Source: an uncultured archaeon (GTDB lineage: Archaea > Aenigmatarchaeota > Aenigmatarchaeia > CAZXUR01). From it: a stretch of 64,000 nucleotides of DNA. The position numbers and the translations under genes are program-made. The stretch covers positions 10,555 through 74,554 of the forward strand of contig CAZXUR010000002.1 of NCBI GenBank assembly GCA_964644245.1. Direction: 5' to 3'. Shown one piece after another: positions 44,776-53,366 of the stretch. Below the pieces are notes generated by a model that was not told the DNA's origin, did not search any database, and saw nothing but the letters and a program-made list of their open reading frames with translations. Position 1 is the first letter of the stretch; each line of letters starts with the position of its first letter.

Positions 44776-45859
44776 CGTATACTCTCATACCAGCTGGGAC
44801 CACAAAGTTTTCCTTATCCTTTCCCACTAAGTCCTTTATCCCTGCTTTTTTGGCCTTGGAAACTATTTTTCTGTCCACCTTTCCGTCCATTATCAACGTT
44901 TTTGCTGAAGGAAATTCGTCCAATTTTTCAATTTTTTTCTTTTTCAGGACTTTACCATCATCGTCCAGAAAAATTCCCATCCCTTTTCCTATTTTCTTTA
45001 TCACACTGGAATATAGTTTTTTTGTGGTATTGTTGATGGGCGGCGACTCGAACTCGGTTATGGGCAGAGTGTCACGCAGACACTTGAAAATCTGTTCCTT
45101 GCTCAGTTCTTCTACTTCCTTCCCCTCTGGTGCTCTGGCCACAAAATCCAAATCCATCTTGCTCATCATCTTTTTCAGGAGGAGTTTGCCTGCCCGGTCA
45201 CCGTCCAGAAAGGCCGTGACTTCCTTGCCTTTGCAGTGTTTCATGACCTCTTTGGGTATGGTTGTCCCTTCCACGGACAACACATTCTTGATCCCGTGTT
45301 TCAGGAGGTTCAAAACGTCTGCCCTGCCCTCTAGAAGTATTATTTTTTCTCCTGAAATATCAGGTCCGCAGGCCAGTCCTTTATATTCACAGATTTCTTC
45401 CCCACGCACCGATTCCTTCATGTCGGTGAGTATGTTCTTGGTCTCTGGTGTGGAATCAAGAAGGTTCTTGAGGAGTTCCTTTCCCCTCTTGAGTATGTAC
45501 TTCCTCTTGACAAACCGCTTGTCATTCACCCCTTCCACCTTCACTTTTGCACTGCAAGGCCCGACTTTCTCTATGGTCTCCAGGGAAGCTGCTATGAGTG
45601 AAGTCTCGGTGGCATCTAGGGAAGAGGGTATGGTTATGGTTGCCTTGGAACTCCCGTTGTTCTCAACATTCACCTCAATCCTGCCTATCCTCCCGGTTCT
45701 CTGGAGTTCCCTGAGGTCCATGTCAAGACCTAGAAGTCCTTCAGTCTGCCCGAATATGGCGCCTATGACGTCTGGTTTCTTTACCACTCCCTCCGCAGTC
45801 AGTGTGGCTCTTATCAGATACTTGGCACTGCTCTGGGGCAACTTACTGATAATCATCAC
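44759..45859 (-). CDS. dnaG: Archaeal DnaG-type primase (Toprim)
   Basis: YLIRATLTAEGVVKKPDVIGAIFGQTEGLLG N-terminal signature. Toprim motifs ILLEGRADVLNL and FLDGDRAGK. The 337-aa antisense ORF at 44850-45863 is a shadow. Confidence 0.8.
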   Translation of the reverse strand: MMIISKLPQSSAKYLIRATLTAEGVVKKPDVIGAIFGQTEGLLGLDMDLRELQRTGRIGRIEVNVENNGSSKATITIPSSLDATETSLIAASLETIEKVGPCSAKVKVEGVNDKRFVKRKYILKRGKELLKNLLDSTPETKNILTDMKESVRGEEICEYKGLACGPDISGEKIILLEGRADVLNLLKHGIKNVLSVEGTTIPKEVMKHCKGKEVTAFLDGDRAGKLLLKKMMSKMDLDFVARAPEGKEVEELSKEQIFKCLRDTLPITEFESPPINNTTKKLYSSVIKKIGKGMGIFLDDDGKVLKKKKIEKLDEFPSAKTLIMDGKVDRKIVSKAKKAGIKDLVGKDKENFVVPAGMRVYVRKDL

Positions 45860-45889
45860 CTGATATCTATTGTTTAGGGTAAATATAAA

Positions 45890-46423
45890 TCAGCGGTGTT
45901 TTTTCATCAGGTTGAAGAAAGAACGAATCTCGTCCGAGACTTTGACCACATATTTCTTCATCTTCTCCTCGTACCCCTCGAGCATATCGTTGTACAATAC
46001 TTTATGGTAGAAAGAACGGAAGGCAGTAAAAAGTATGGAGGATTGGATGGGTGTTTCCTGTTTGTAGATGGTCTCCACGGTTCCTTGAACGAACACGTCC
46101 AAAGACCCCTCATATTCAACCTCCCCCTTTCCAACGGGTGTCATGTTGCCACTGACAGTAACTGCTATCACTATCCGCGAGAAATTGTCCATTTTCTTGT
46201 AGGCCTCGAGGTATACGGAAAATTCCTCGTTTCCTCCCGGAAGCTTTTTGTGCTGGTAGTCGTACTCCTGAACGTCTGTAGTATTGATGTTCATCACCCT
46301 TCCGAGTCTGTCCCTTATTTCCTTGACCAGGAGGTGTGGGTTGGCACCTTCGTAGACTATCCTCTGGAAGAAGGGGTCGCTCACAATCTTAAGCTTGGGT
46401 GGCATAAAAACACTTACACTCAT
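45890..46423 (-). CDS. Hypothetical protein
   Basis: 177-aa ORF of normal composition. The equally long antisense ORF at 45896-46426 is less protein-like. Confidence 0.4.
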   Translation of the reverse strand: MSVSVFMPPKLKIVSDPFFQRIVYEGANPHLLVKEIRDRLGRVMNINTTDVQEYDYQHKKLPGGNEEFSVYLEAYKKMDNFSRIVIAVTVSGNMTPVGKGEVEYEGSLDVFVQGTVETIYKQETPIQSSILFTAFRSFYHKVLYNDMLEGYEEKMKKYVVKVSDEIRSFFNLMKKHR

Positions 46424-46479
46424 TAAATAAATAGATTACTTTAAAAACCTTTTTATTCTATTTCCACAAAAAATAACCA

Positions 46480-46830
46480 ATGAACTATGAATTCACTTTC
46501 ATATCGTTGGTGGTTTTGTTCTTAGGACTGCTGATGGTTTCAATTCCCTCTGGATTCTATGTGGTCGCGGTGGTGGTAGTCTCATTCATATTCATCTTAT
46601 TGGTCGTTTTGGGGGTCGGGGCATACGCGGGATACATCAGGAAGGAAGGTAAGAAGTTCAAACTGAAAGAAGTTGGCCTGGAATGGATAGTGTTGTTGTT
46701 TTTACCGATTATATTTATACTCATAATATTGTATTTTGACGTAGGAAAGTTGATGATATCCTCTTTCTTGTTCATAATAGGCATGTTGGGTGTGTTGGTT
46801 GGGGTGGCCAAGCCGGAGAAAAGAACTTAA
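46480..46830 (+). CDS. Small polytopic membrane protein
   Basis: 116 aa with four hydrophobic spans. Confidence 0.45.
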   Translation: MNYEFTFISLVVLFLGLLMVSIPSGFYVVAVVVVSFIFILLVVLGVGAYAGYIRKEGKKFKLKEVGLEWIVLLFLPIIFILIILYFDVGKLMISSFLFIIGMLGVLVGVAKPEKRT

Positions 46831-46882
46831 ATATATCGACAAAATATAAAGATATAAGCCGAATACTTCGACTGGTGTTGAT

Positions 46883-47593
46883 ATGGACGAATTCAAACTA
46901 GCCAAAGAAGGACTAGCAAAGAGGATGGCAGGAGAGATATCTCTATCTGAAAAACCAGGGAAAGTTATAAGGAAATGGAGAAACATCCTGAAAATTCCCC
47001 AGAGAAAAGTGGCTGAGAGTATGGACGTGATGCCTTCAGTCATAAGCGACTATGAGTCTGGGAGAAGGAAGTCGCCAGGGATTAAAATAATCAAAAGGAT
47101 GGTGGAAGGGATGCTCTCTGTAGACCAGAAGAGGGGTGGTGAGGTGATAAAGGAGTTCAGCAACTTTCCCCAGTCAGCTTCCATAACATCCGCAGTACTG
47201 GACATTAAAGAATTCGTAGAGCCGGTCAAGGTCAGTAAGTTCGTAAAATCCGTCAAGGGAAGAAAAGCCTACAACTTTCCTGATAAAGAGATATATGGGT
47301 ATACAGTCATAGACTCAGTGAAAGCGATTGTAGAATTCTCACCCATGGACCTGGTCAAACTATACGGACTTACCACTGAAAGAGCCCTGGTATTCACCAA
47401 CCTCACCAGAGGCCGCTCACCATTGATAGCGATTAAGGTGAGTAATTTGAAGCCTGGTCTGGTGATACTCCAGGGAATAAATAAAGTGGATGATATTGCA
47501 TTGAGAATCGCCCAGGTGGAAAAAATACCGTTGGTCCATTCATCCATTGGTTCTGAAGAACTATTGAAAAATCTAAAAGATTCATTCTCATAG
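46883..47593 (+). CDS. XRE-type HTH transcriptional regulator with a C-terminal domain
   Basis: IRKWRNILKIPQRKVAESMDVMPSVISDYESGRRKSPG (HTH_3-like). 236 aa. Confidence 0.65.
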   Translation: MDEFKLAKEGLAKRMAGEISLSEKPGKVIRKWRNILKIPQRKVAESMDVMPSVISDYESGRRKSPGIKIIKRMVEGMLSVDQKRGGEVIKEFSNFPQSASITSAVLDIKEFVEPVKVSKFVKSVKGRKAYNFPDKEIYGYTVIDSVKAIVEFSPMDLVKLYGLTTERALVFTNLTRGRSPLIAIKVSNLKPGLVILQGINKVDDIALRIAQVEKIPLVHSSIGSEELLKNLKDSFS

Positions 47594-47690
47594 ACCCGGT
47601 TATTTCTTATGGAAAGGTTTTTCATTCGGATGAAAAAGAATGACTTAACACTATAACACTGTTATGTAAATATTTTATTATTATTATACC

Positions 47691-47768
47691 TTTCCACCTG
47701 AAATCATGGGGTGGTGGGTATGTTTCTTCTGGAATATATATTCAAAAGAATAATTTCCAGTAGAAGAA
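47691..47768. promoter_or_regulatory. ORB-like boxes upstream of orc1/cdc6
   Basis: TTTCCACCTGAAATCATGGGGTGGTGGG (47691-47718) is a dyad-like core plus a G-string. An inverted pair TTTCTTCTGGAA (47723-47734) / TTCCAGTAGAAGAA (47755-47768) flanks an AT stretch. Confidence 0.45.
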
Positions 47769-47772
47769 TCCT

Positions 47773-47781
47773 TATATATTA
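47773..47781 (+). promoter_or_regulatory. TATA box of orc1/cdc6
   Basis: TTATATATT lies 30-38 nt upstream of the ATG at 47811, consistent with a near-leaderless transcript. Confidence 0.4.
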
Positions 47782-47810
47782 TTGAGGTATAAGGGAAATG
47801 GGGATGGTTA

Positions 47811-49007
47811 ATGCAGGAATCACTGGACCAAATGTTCGACTCTTATATTAATCAGGAGTCGTTGTTCAAGAACAAGGTGGTGTTTGCCAATTATTATAAA
47901 CCGGATGACATCATGCACCGGGGTGAAGAGATAAACCAGTTGGGTTCCATACTGGCTCCTAGCCTCAAGGGGAATATTCCCAGCAACATACTTATATTCG
48001 GGACCGTGGGAACCGGTAAGACGTTGGTGGTGAGGCACGTGCTCGACAAGCTCTCCAAAGCTGCTGCCAAGGCCAAGAGTCCTATAAACATGATTTACAT
48101 CAACTGTAAGATGAAGAAGGTATCTGACACAGAGTACAGGCTGGTTTCACAAATACTGAGAAAGATGGGACTCGACGTCCCTGACACCGGACTTCCAACC
48201 AACGTTCTCTACCAAAGACTGTTCGAGAAACTGGAAGAAACCAAAGTTACCCTGCTCATACTTGACGAAATAGATGCGTTGGTGGAAAAGGTGGGTGATG
48301 GTATATTGTACAACCTGACTAGAATAAACAGTGACCTGAAAAAAGGGAAGGTGGGAATGATAGGGATAACCAACGACCTGTCTTTCACTGACCTGCTCGA
48401 CCCTCGTGTGAAGTCCTCACTCTCAGAGGAAGAACTGATATTTTCTCCATACAATGCTTTGCACCTGAAGAACATACTCAAGGAAAGGGTCAAGGAAGGC
48501 ATGGAAAAAGGAGCTTTGAGTGATGCGGTGATAACCAAGTGTGCGGCCTTGGCTGCGCAGGAGCACGGTGATGCGCGCAGAGCCCTGGACCTCCTCAGGG
48601 TTGCGGGTGAAATAGCTGAGAGGAAGAATGAGAAGAAAATACTGGAGAGGCATGTCGACATGGCAGAGACCAAACTGGATTTGGACAGGGTCACGGAAAC
48701 GGTCAAGACCCAGCCCAAACAATCTCAGGCAGTCCTCCTCTCCATAATAGAGATTTCCAAGAAAGACAAGGAAATCACCACAGGCGACATATTTGAGGTT
48801 TATAAAAACACTTGTGAAAAGAATGGTCTCAAGGTTTTGACTCAGAGAAGGGTGTCGGACCTCATCTCAGAGTTGGATATGTTGGGAATCATAACCACCA
48901 CCGTAGTCTCCAGGGGGAGGTACGGAAGGTCCAGAGAGATAAAACTGGCAATCGGAGAGACAGCACTCAACAAGTTGAAGGATATATTATACAAGAATTT
49001 TGAGTAG
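47811..49007 (+). CDS. cdc6: Orc1/Cdc6 replication initiator
   Basis: 398 aa. Walker A FGTVGTGKT, Walker B LILDEIDAL, sensor region GDARRALDLLR, and a C-terminal winged helix. Confidence 0.9.
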   Translation: MQESLDQMFDSYINQESLFKNKVVFANYYKPDDIMHRGEEINQLGSILAPSLKGNIPSNILIFGTVGTGKTLVVRHVLDKLSKAAAKAKSPINMIYINCKMKKVSDTEYRLVSQILRKMGLDVPDTGLPTNVLYQRLFEKLEETKVTLLILDEIDALVEKVGDGILYNLTRINSDLKKGKVGMIGITNDLSFTDLLDPRVKSSLSEEELIFSPYNALHLKNILKERVKEGMEKGALSDAVITKCAALAAQEHGDARRALDLLRVAGEIAERKNEKKILERHVDMAETKLDLDRVTETVKTQPKQSQAVLLSIIEISKKDKEITTGDIFEVYKNTCEKNGLKVLTQRRVSDLISELDMLGIITTTVVSRGRYGRSREIKLAIGETALNKLKDILYKNFE

Positions 49008-49012
49008 ATAAG

Positions 49013-50029
49013 ATGAATAAGAAAAAAATGGTAGGGAAATTCTTGAGCAGGGGAAAATTGGTAACCCCCCATGCTTTGGAAAGCCTTATGACTGAAAAAA
49101 ACACCAGTTTATACCTGGAAAAGGAAGGCCTGTTCACCACCAGGCATGATTTTGAGAAGTTGGTTATTAAGAAGAACATCACCGAGAGTAAGAAGGAGAT
49201 GACCACACAGGATTTTACATCCTACTACCAATCCAGATACGCTAAAATAAGAGAAATATTGGTAAACGAAAAACCACGTCCCTACGTTTCCATAGACAAG
49301 ATAAACAGAGACTTCAAACAAGGGTTTGTGATAGGCATGGTCAGGTCGGTGGAAGACGGAATGGTCATTGAGGACATGACCGGTGAGTTGAAAATTCAAG
49401 GAAAAGGACCCGAGCCTGATGATGTGGTTGCGGTTGAAGTGGTAAGAGACAAAGGACTCAGGGCCAAGAATATAATCTATCCGGACGTGCCCTTGAGGTC
49501 AGCCACCACCGGGAACGGAAGGGCGGTTTTTGTATCAGACATGCACCTCGACGAGGAGAAACAGGGAAAAAAGTTCCTGGAGTGGTTCAATCGTAAAGGA
49601 GTGAAGAATTTGTTCATCGCAGGGGACATAGGGGATCAGAAGACACTGGAGGACAACGTGAGCGGGAACAAAAGGGTGTTTGTGATACCCGGAGAAGCAG
49701 ACGGAAACGACTATCCCCAATTGCCTTTAAATCTCACCAATGGAATAATATCCCTGAGCAATCCGTCCATGGTCGAACTGAATGGCCTCAAAGTTTTGAT
49801 GGTACACGAGTTTGAGAAAGATATGTTGGTGAAGAGACACATGGGGGAATTCATCTTCCCGGAGGACCAGATGGTGCTTGAAGAAGTACCGGACGTGGTG
49901 CACCACGGACACACTCACCAACAATCCATAGACAATTACAAGTCAATAACCATGATAAACTCCGGCTCACCCAAAACACCAGTGATACTGGACTTCAAAA
50001 CTAGGAAGTACAAGGTGATTGAATTATGA
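49013..50029 (+). CDS. Short DP1-like protein (PolD small subunit / B-subunit family: OB fold plus calcineurin-type phosphoesterase)
   Basis: 338 aa. N-terminal FLSRGKLVTPHALESL. OB-like FVIGMVRSVEDGMVIEDMTGELKIQG. Phosphoesterase motifs FVSDMHLD, AGDIGD and HHGHTH are present. The GNH(D/E) position reads PGEADG. Confidence 0.65.
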   Translation: MNKKKMVGKFLSRGKLVTPHALESLMTEKNTSLYLEKEGLFTTRHDFEKLVIKKNITESKKEMTTQDFTSYYQSRYAKIREILVNEKPRPYVSIDKINRDFKQGFVIGMVRSVEDGMVIEDMTGELKIQGKGPEPDDVVAVEVVRDKGLRAKNIIYPDVPLRSATTGNGRAVFVSDMHLDEEKQGKKFLEWFNRKGVKNLFIAGDIGDQKTLEDNVSGNKRVFVIPGEADGNDYPQLPLNLTNGIISLSNPSMVELNGLKVLMVHEFEKDMLVKRHMGEFIFPEDQMVLEEVPDVVHHGHTHQQSIDNYKSITMINSGSPKTPVILDFKTRKYKVIEL

Positions 50030-52710
50030 AGGTTCAGATTTTAGACGTCGATTATGTCATGACCAACCAAAAACCAGTGGTAAGAATCTTTGGCAGAACC
50101 GACGAGGGCAAGTCTGTCTGCCTGTTTCATGAAGGATTCTATCCTTACTTCTACGTCAAATGTGACCAGAAGAAGTCTGAGTTTGAAAAACTGCTAGAAA
50201 AGTTCAACGGTGAGGTCAGGGAAGTAAAGAAAGTCAATAAAAAAATTCCCCTTGGCTACAAGGAGAAGCCCGACGAACTCTTCAAGGTGGTGAACACCAC
50301 CCCGTCTAAGGTGCCTGAGATCAGGAATTTCCTGTTGGACAAAGGCATGGACGTGTACGAGGCAGACATTTTCTTCAAGTACAGGTTCATGGTGGACCAT
50401 AACATAAAGGGAATGGAATGGGCGGAAGTGAAGACCACCAAGACTTTCACAAAGACCGTGAGCATACCCAGTTACAAAATAAAAAACATAAAGCCCATAG
50501 ACAAAACAGGGAACTCTGAGTTGAGGTATTTATCTTTTGATATAGAGTGTGTTTCAAAAAACCCGGACCGCCTGCCTGACGCCAAGACCGACCCGGTCAT
50601 AATCATATCACTGGCCTTCAACAGAAATTACCATGGAAAGAAAACCATGGTCCTGTCGCTCAAGAATTCAGAGGGGTGCAAAGGGTTCAACGGAGAGGAA
50701 AAGATGTTGAAGGAGTTCCTGGAAATAATAAAGGAGTACGATCCGGACATAATCACCGGTTACAACGTGAATAACTTCGACCTCCCGTACATATTCGAGC
50801 GTCTCAAGAAGTACAACGTACCAGCCACACTGGGCAGGTGTGAAAAGAAACAGGCTTACGCGAAAAAGTTCGGTTATTCAACCACAGTCAACATCCCAGG
50901 AAGGGCGGTCATGGACAGTTACCAGATAATAAAGTCAGACCCCTACATGAAGTTCAAGCGATACACACTGAACAACGTTGCCAAGAACATGCTGGACGAC
51001 GAGAAGAAGGACGTGAAGCCGAAGGAAATGGCCAAACTATGGAATGGCTCCAAGAAGGACGTCAAGAAGTTCATAGACTATGGGAGGAAGGACGCGGTCC
51101 TGGCCCTCAGACTCATAATCGAGAAGAATCTTCTGGACAAGTACTTCGAGCTTTCAAAGGTATCCGGTCTGGTCCTGCAGGACGCAGTGGGCGGTCAGGC
51201 CATAAGGGTGGAAACATGTTTCCTCCATAAATTCAGGGAACGCGGGTATGTAATGCCGGCAAAACCCAATGGGAGTGAGATAAGCAGGAGAAGGAAGGAG
51301 AGGGAAGAAATCGGACTCAAGGGAGGTTTCGTACTTTCACCCGAAAAGGGGCTGCACTCCAAGGGGTGCATATTGGTCCTGGACTTCAAGAGTCTGTACC
51401 CTTCCATCATGATTACTCACAATATATGTCCCAGTGCTTTGCTGAAGGACGGAAAAAAAGAGAAGAAACACAAGGGCTCCAAGTCCCCTTCCGGCTCCAG
51501 GTTCGTAGACACTTCAGTTCACCGCGGACTGCTCCCGGAGGTAGTTAATGAAATACTCGATGCCAGGGCAAAGGCAAAGAAGGAGATGTACGCGGCAAAA
51601 ACAAAGGAAAAGAGAAAATTAATGGACGCAAAACAATACGCGCTTAAGATAATGGCCAATTCGTTTTACGGTTACACCGGATATTTCAGGGCCAGACTTT
51701 ACATGGTCGAGGTCGCGGCAGCAATAACATCCTTCGGGAGGGAACTCATAAAGAAGAGCAAAAAACTCTGTGAGGAGGAGTTTGATGCAAAGGTCATTTA
51801 TGGTGACACGGATTCCATATTCGTCAAAGTCAAGACCAATGACTTGGACAAGGCAGCCAAGCTGGGAGAAGACATCTGTGAAAGGATCAACAAGACCCTT
51901 TCAGGAGTCCTGGAACTGGAGTTCGAGAAGATATACCGTACCTTCCTCATACTCACCAAGAAACGCTACGCAGCCTGGAAGTTTGAAAAACAGAACGGGA
52001 AGTGGGAGAACTCCATAGACATGAAAGGTATAGAAACGGTGAGGAGGGACTGGTGTGATTTGGTCAGCTCAACCATGAAAGATGTTATTTCCATGATACT
52101 CAAGGAAGGGGACGTGAAGAAGGCGATGTCAAAAGTGAAAGACATTGTAGAAAAACTGAAGTCAGGAGAAGTTGAATTGGAAAAACTGGCAATAGTAAAG
52201 GGAATAACTAAGAAGCCTTCGGAGTACGATGGTACACTCCCCCACATAGAACTGGCCAAAAAGATGAGCAGGAGGGATGCCACTACAGCTCCGGTTGCCG
52301 GAGAAAGGATTGCTTTTGTGATAATAAAAGGCAATCAAATGTTGTCCAAGAGAGCTGAGTCTCCCGAATACGTAAAGGAAAACTCTCTGGAAATAGACCC
52401 GGACTACTATATCCATTCCCAACTCCTCCCCCCACTGGAGAGAATATTCTCATCACTGGGAGTTAACAAGACAGAATTACTGGGACTGGGAAGACAGATG
52501 AATTTCTTTGAGGTAGTGAACGGTTCAAAGAGGAAGCTTAACCACAACGTTGCGGTAAAACACAGCCAGACCCTGGAAGGATTTGAGGAATTCACATGCA
52601 AGTCTTGTAAGAAGACGTTGAGGAGGCCTCCACTCACCGGTAAGTGCTCCTGTGGGGGCAACATAGAAATAGTCTTTCAGGGTTCCAGTTCCGACCGCTG
52701 CAAGGTTTAG
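50026..52710 (+). CDS. polB: Family B DNA polymerase with a C-terminal C4 zinc ribbon
   Basis: 894 aa. Exo I FDIEC. Pol motifs SLYPSI and YGDTDS. C-terminal CKSCKKTLRRPPLTGKCSCGG. ATGA overlap with the DP1-like gene. No intein is present. Confidence 0.9.
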   Translation: MKVQILDVDYVMTNQKPVVRIFGRTDEGKSVCLFHEGFYPYFYVKCDQKKSEFEKLLEKFNGEVREVKKVNKKIPLGYKEKPDELFKVVNTTPSKVPEIRNFLLDKGMDVYEADIFFKYRFMVDHNIKGMEWAEVKTTKTFTKTVSIPSYKIKNIKPIDKTGNSELRYLSFDIECVSKNPDRLPDAKTDPVIIISLAFNRNYHGKKTMVLSLKNSEGCKGFNGEEKMLKEFLEIIKEYDPDIITGYNVNNFDLPYIFERLKKYNVPATLGRCEKKQAYAKKFGYSTTVNIPGRAVMDSYQIIKSDPYMKFKRYTLNNVAKNMLDDEKKDVKPKEMAKLWNGSKKDVKKFIDYGRKDAVLALRLIIEKNLLDKYFELSKVSGLVLQDAVGGQAIRVETCFLHKFRERGYVMPAKPNGSEISRRRKEREEIGLKGGFVLSPEKGLHSKGCILVLDFKSLYPSIMITHNICPSALLKDGKKEKKHKGSKSPSGSRFVDTSVHRGLLPEVVNEILDARAKAKKEMYAAKTKEKRKLMDAKQYALKIMANSFYGYTGYFRARLYMVEVAAAITSFGRELIKKSKKLCEEEFDAKVIYGDTDSIFVKVKTNDLDKAAKLGEDICERINKTLSGVLELEFEKIYRTFLILTKKRYAAWKFEKQNGKWENSIDMKGIETVRRDWCDLVSSTMKDVISMILKEGDVKKAMSKVKDIVEKLKSGEVELEKLAIVKGITKKPSEYDGTLPHIELAKKMSRRDATTAPVAGERIAFVIIKGNQMLSKRAESPEYVKENSLEIDPDYYIHSQLLPPLERIFSSLGVNKTELLGLGRQMNFFEVVNGSKRKLNHNVAVKHSQTLEGFEEFTCKSCKKTLRRPPLTGKCSCGGNIEIVFQGSSSDRCKV

Positions 52711-53324
52711 TTCCGCACCGCCTTTATCACCATGTCCCTCTTGTCCTTTGTTGCGAAACCAACTCGGTTGTGAAACTTGGAGACCCTTCTCTTACCTTCT
52801 ATATCCAAACACCAACACTTTCCTGACTTGTATATGTTGCAGTCTACATCCTCCAAAGACAGCAGCGCTTCCACTTCTTTAAGGCCTTTGTGGTTGACTG
52901 ACTTCACACGTACGTTCCTCACTTTCGTTCGTTTTTTTCCGGAGCCCCGAAACCTTACTCTGATGTATCCCTTGACCTCGAAGAACCCGCTCAGGAAACC
53001 CCGTCTGAATCTCTTTGAATCGTAAGCCATGTCTGGTACAGTCCAGTCCCGTGTGCCAAACCTATTGTTCCATTTTTTCAAGAGGCGTTTGACCGTCTTC
53101 TTCCCGTATAACTGGACTGTATACCTAGTTTTTCCTCCTTTCTTTGCTTCACGCACCTTTGGTTCAGTCTGACTTATGTTGGACAGGGAAAGGAGGAACA
53201 CGTCTGCGAATTGTTTGTCGCTTGTCCTGAGTGTGAAAGAGTAGTTGCCGGTCTTTTTCGAGCAACAGACCGAACCGCCCCCACACAGGGAACCACACAC
53301 AAACCCTTCTTCAAGTACAGACAT
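52707..53324 (-). CDS. Free-standing LAGLIDADG-like (degenerate) protein
   Basis: 205 aa. FLSGFFEVKGYI and GFVCGSLCGGGSV resemble two LAGLIDADG-type helices. An acidic residue is present only in the second (E). The protein is very basic. 4-nt convergent overlap with polB. Confidence 0.4.
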   Translation of the reverse strand: MSVLEEGFVCGSLCGGGSVCCSKKTGNYSFTLRTSDKQFADVFLLSLSNISQTEPKVREAKKGGKTRYTVQLYGKKTVKRLLKKWNNRFGTRDWTVPDMAYDSKRFRRGFLSGFFEVKGYIRVRFRGSGKKRTKVRNVRVKSVNHKGLKEVEALLSLEDVDCNIYKSGKCWCLDIEGKRRVSKFHNRVGFATKDKRDMVIKAVRN

Positions 53325-53366
53325 GGTTAATGTTTGACCCGGAGGTTTAAATCCATTACCTATGAA

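Noticed and set aside
44850-45863. 337-aa plus-strand ORF
   Set aside because: It lies antisense to the well-supported DnaG primase gene. Its translation is Ser/Phe/Leu-rich low complexity, typical of a shadow ORF.
50026-52710. Intein inside polB
   Set aside because: The polymerase motifs SLYPSI and YGDTDS are contiguous with normal spacing, and the protein length (894 aa) fits an intein-free enzyme.
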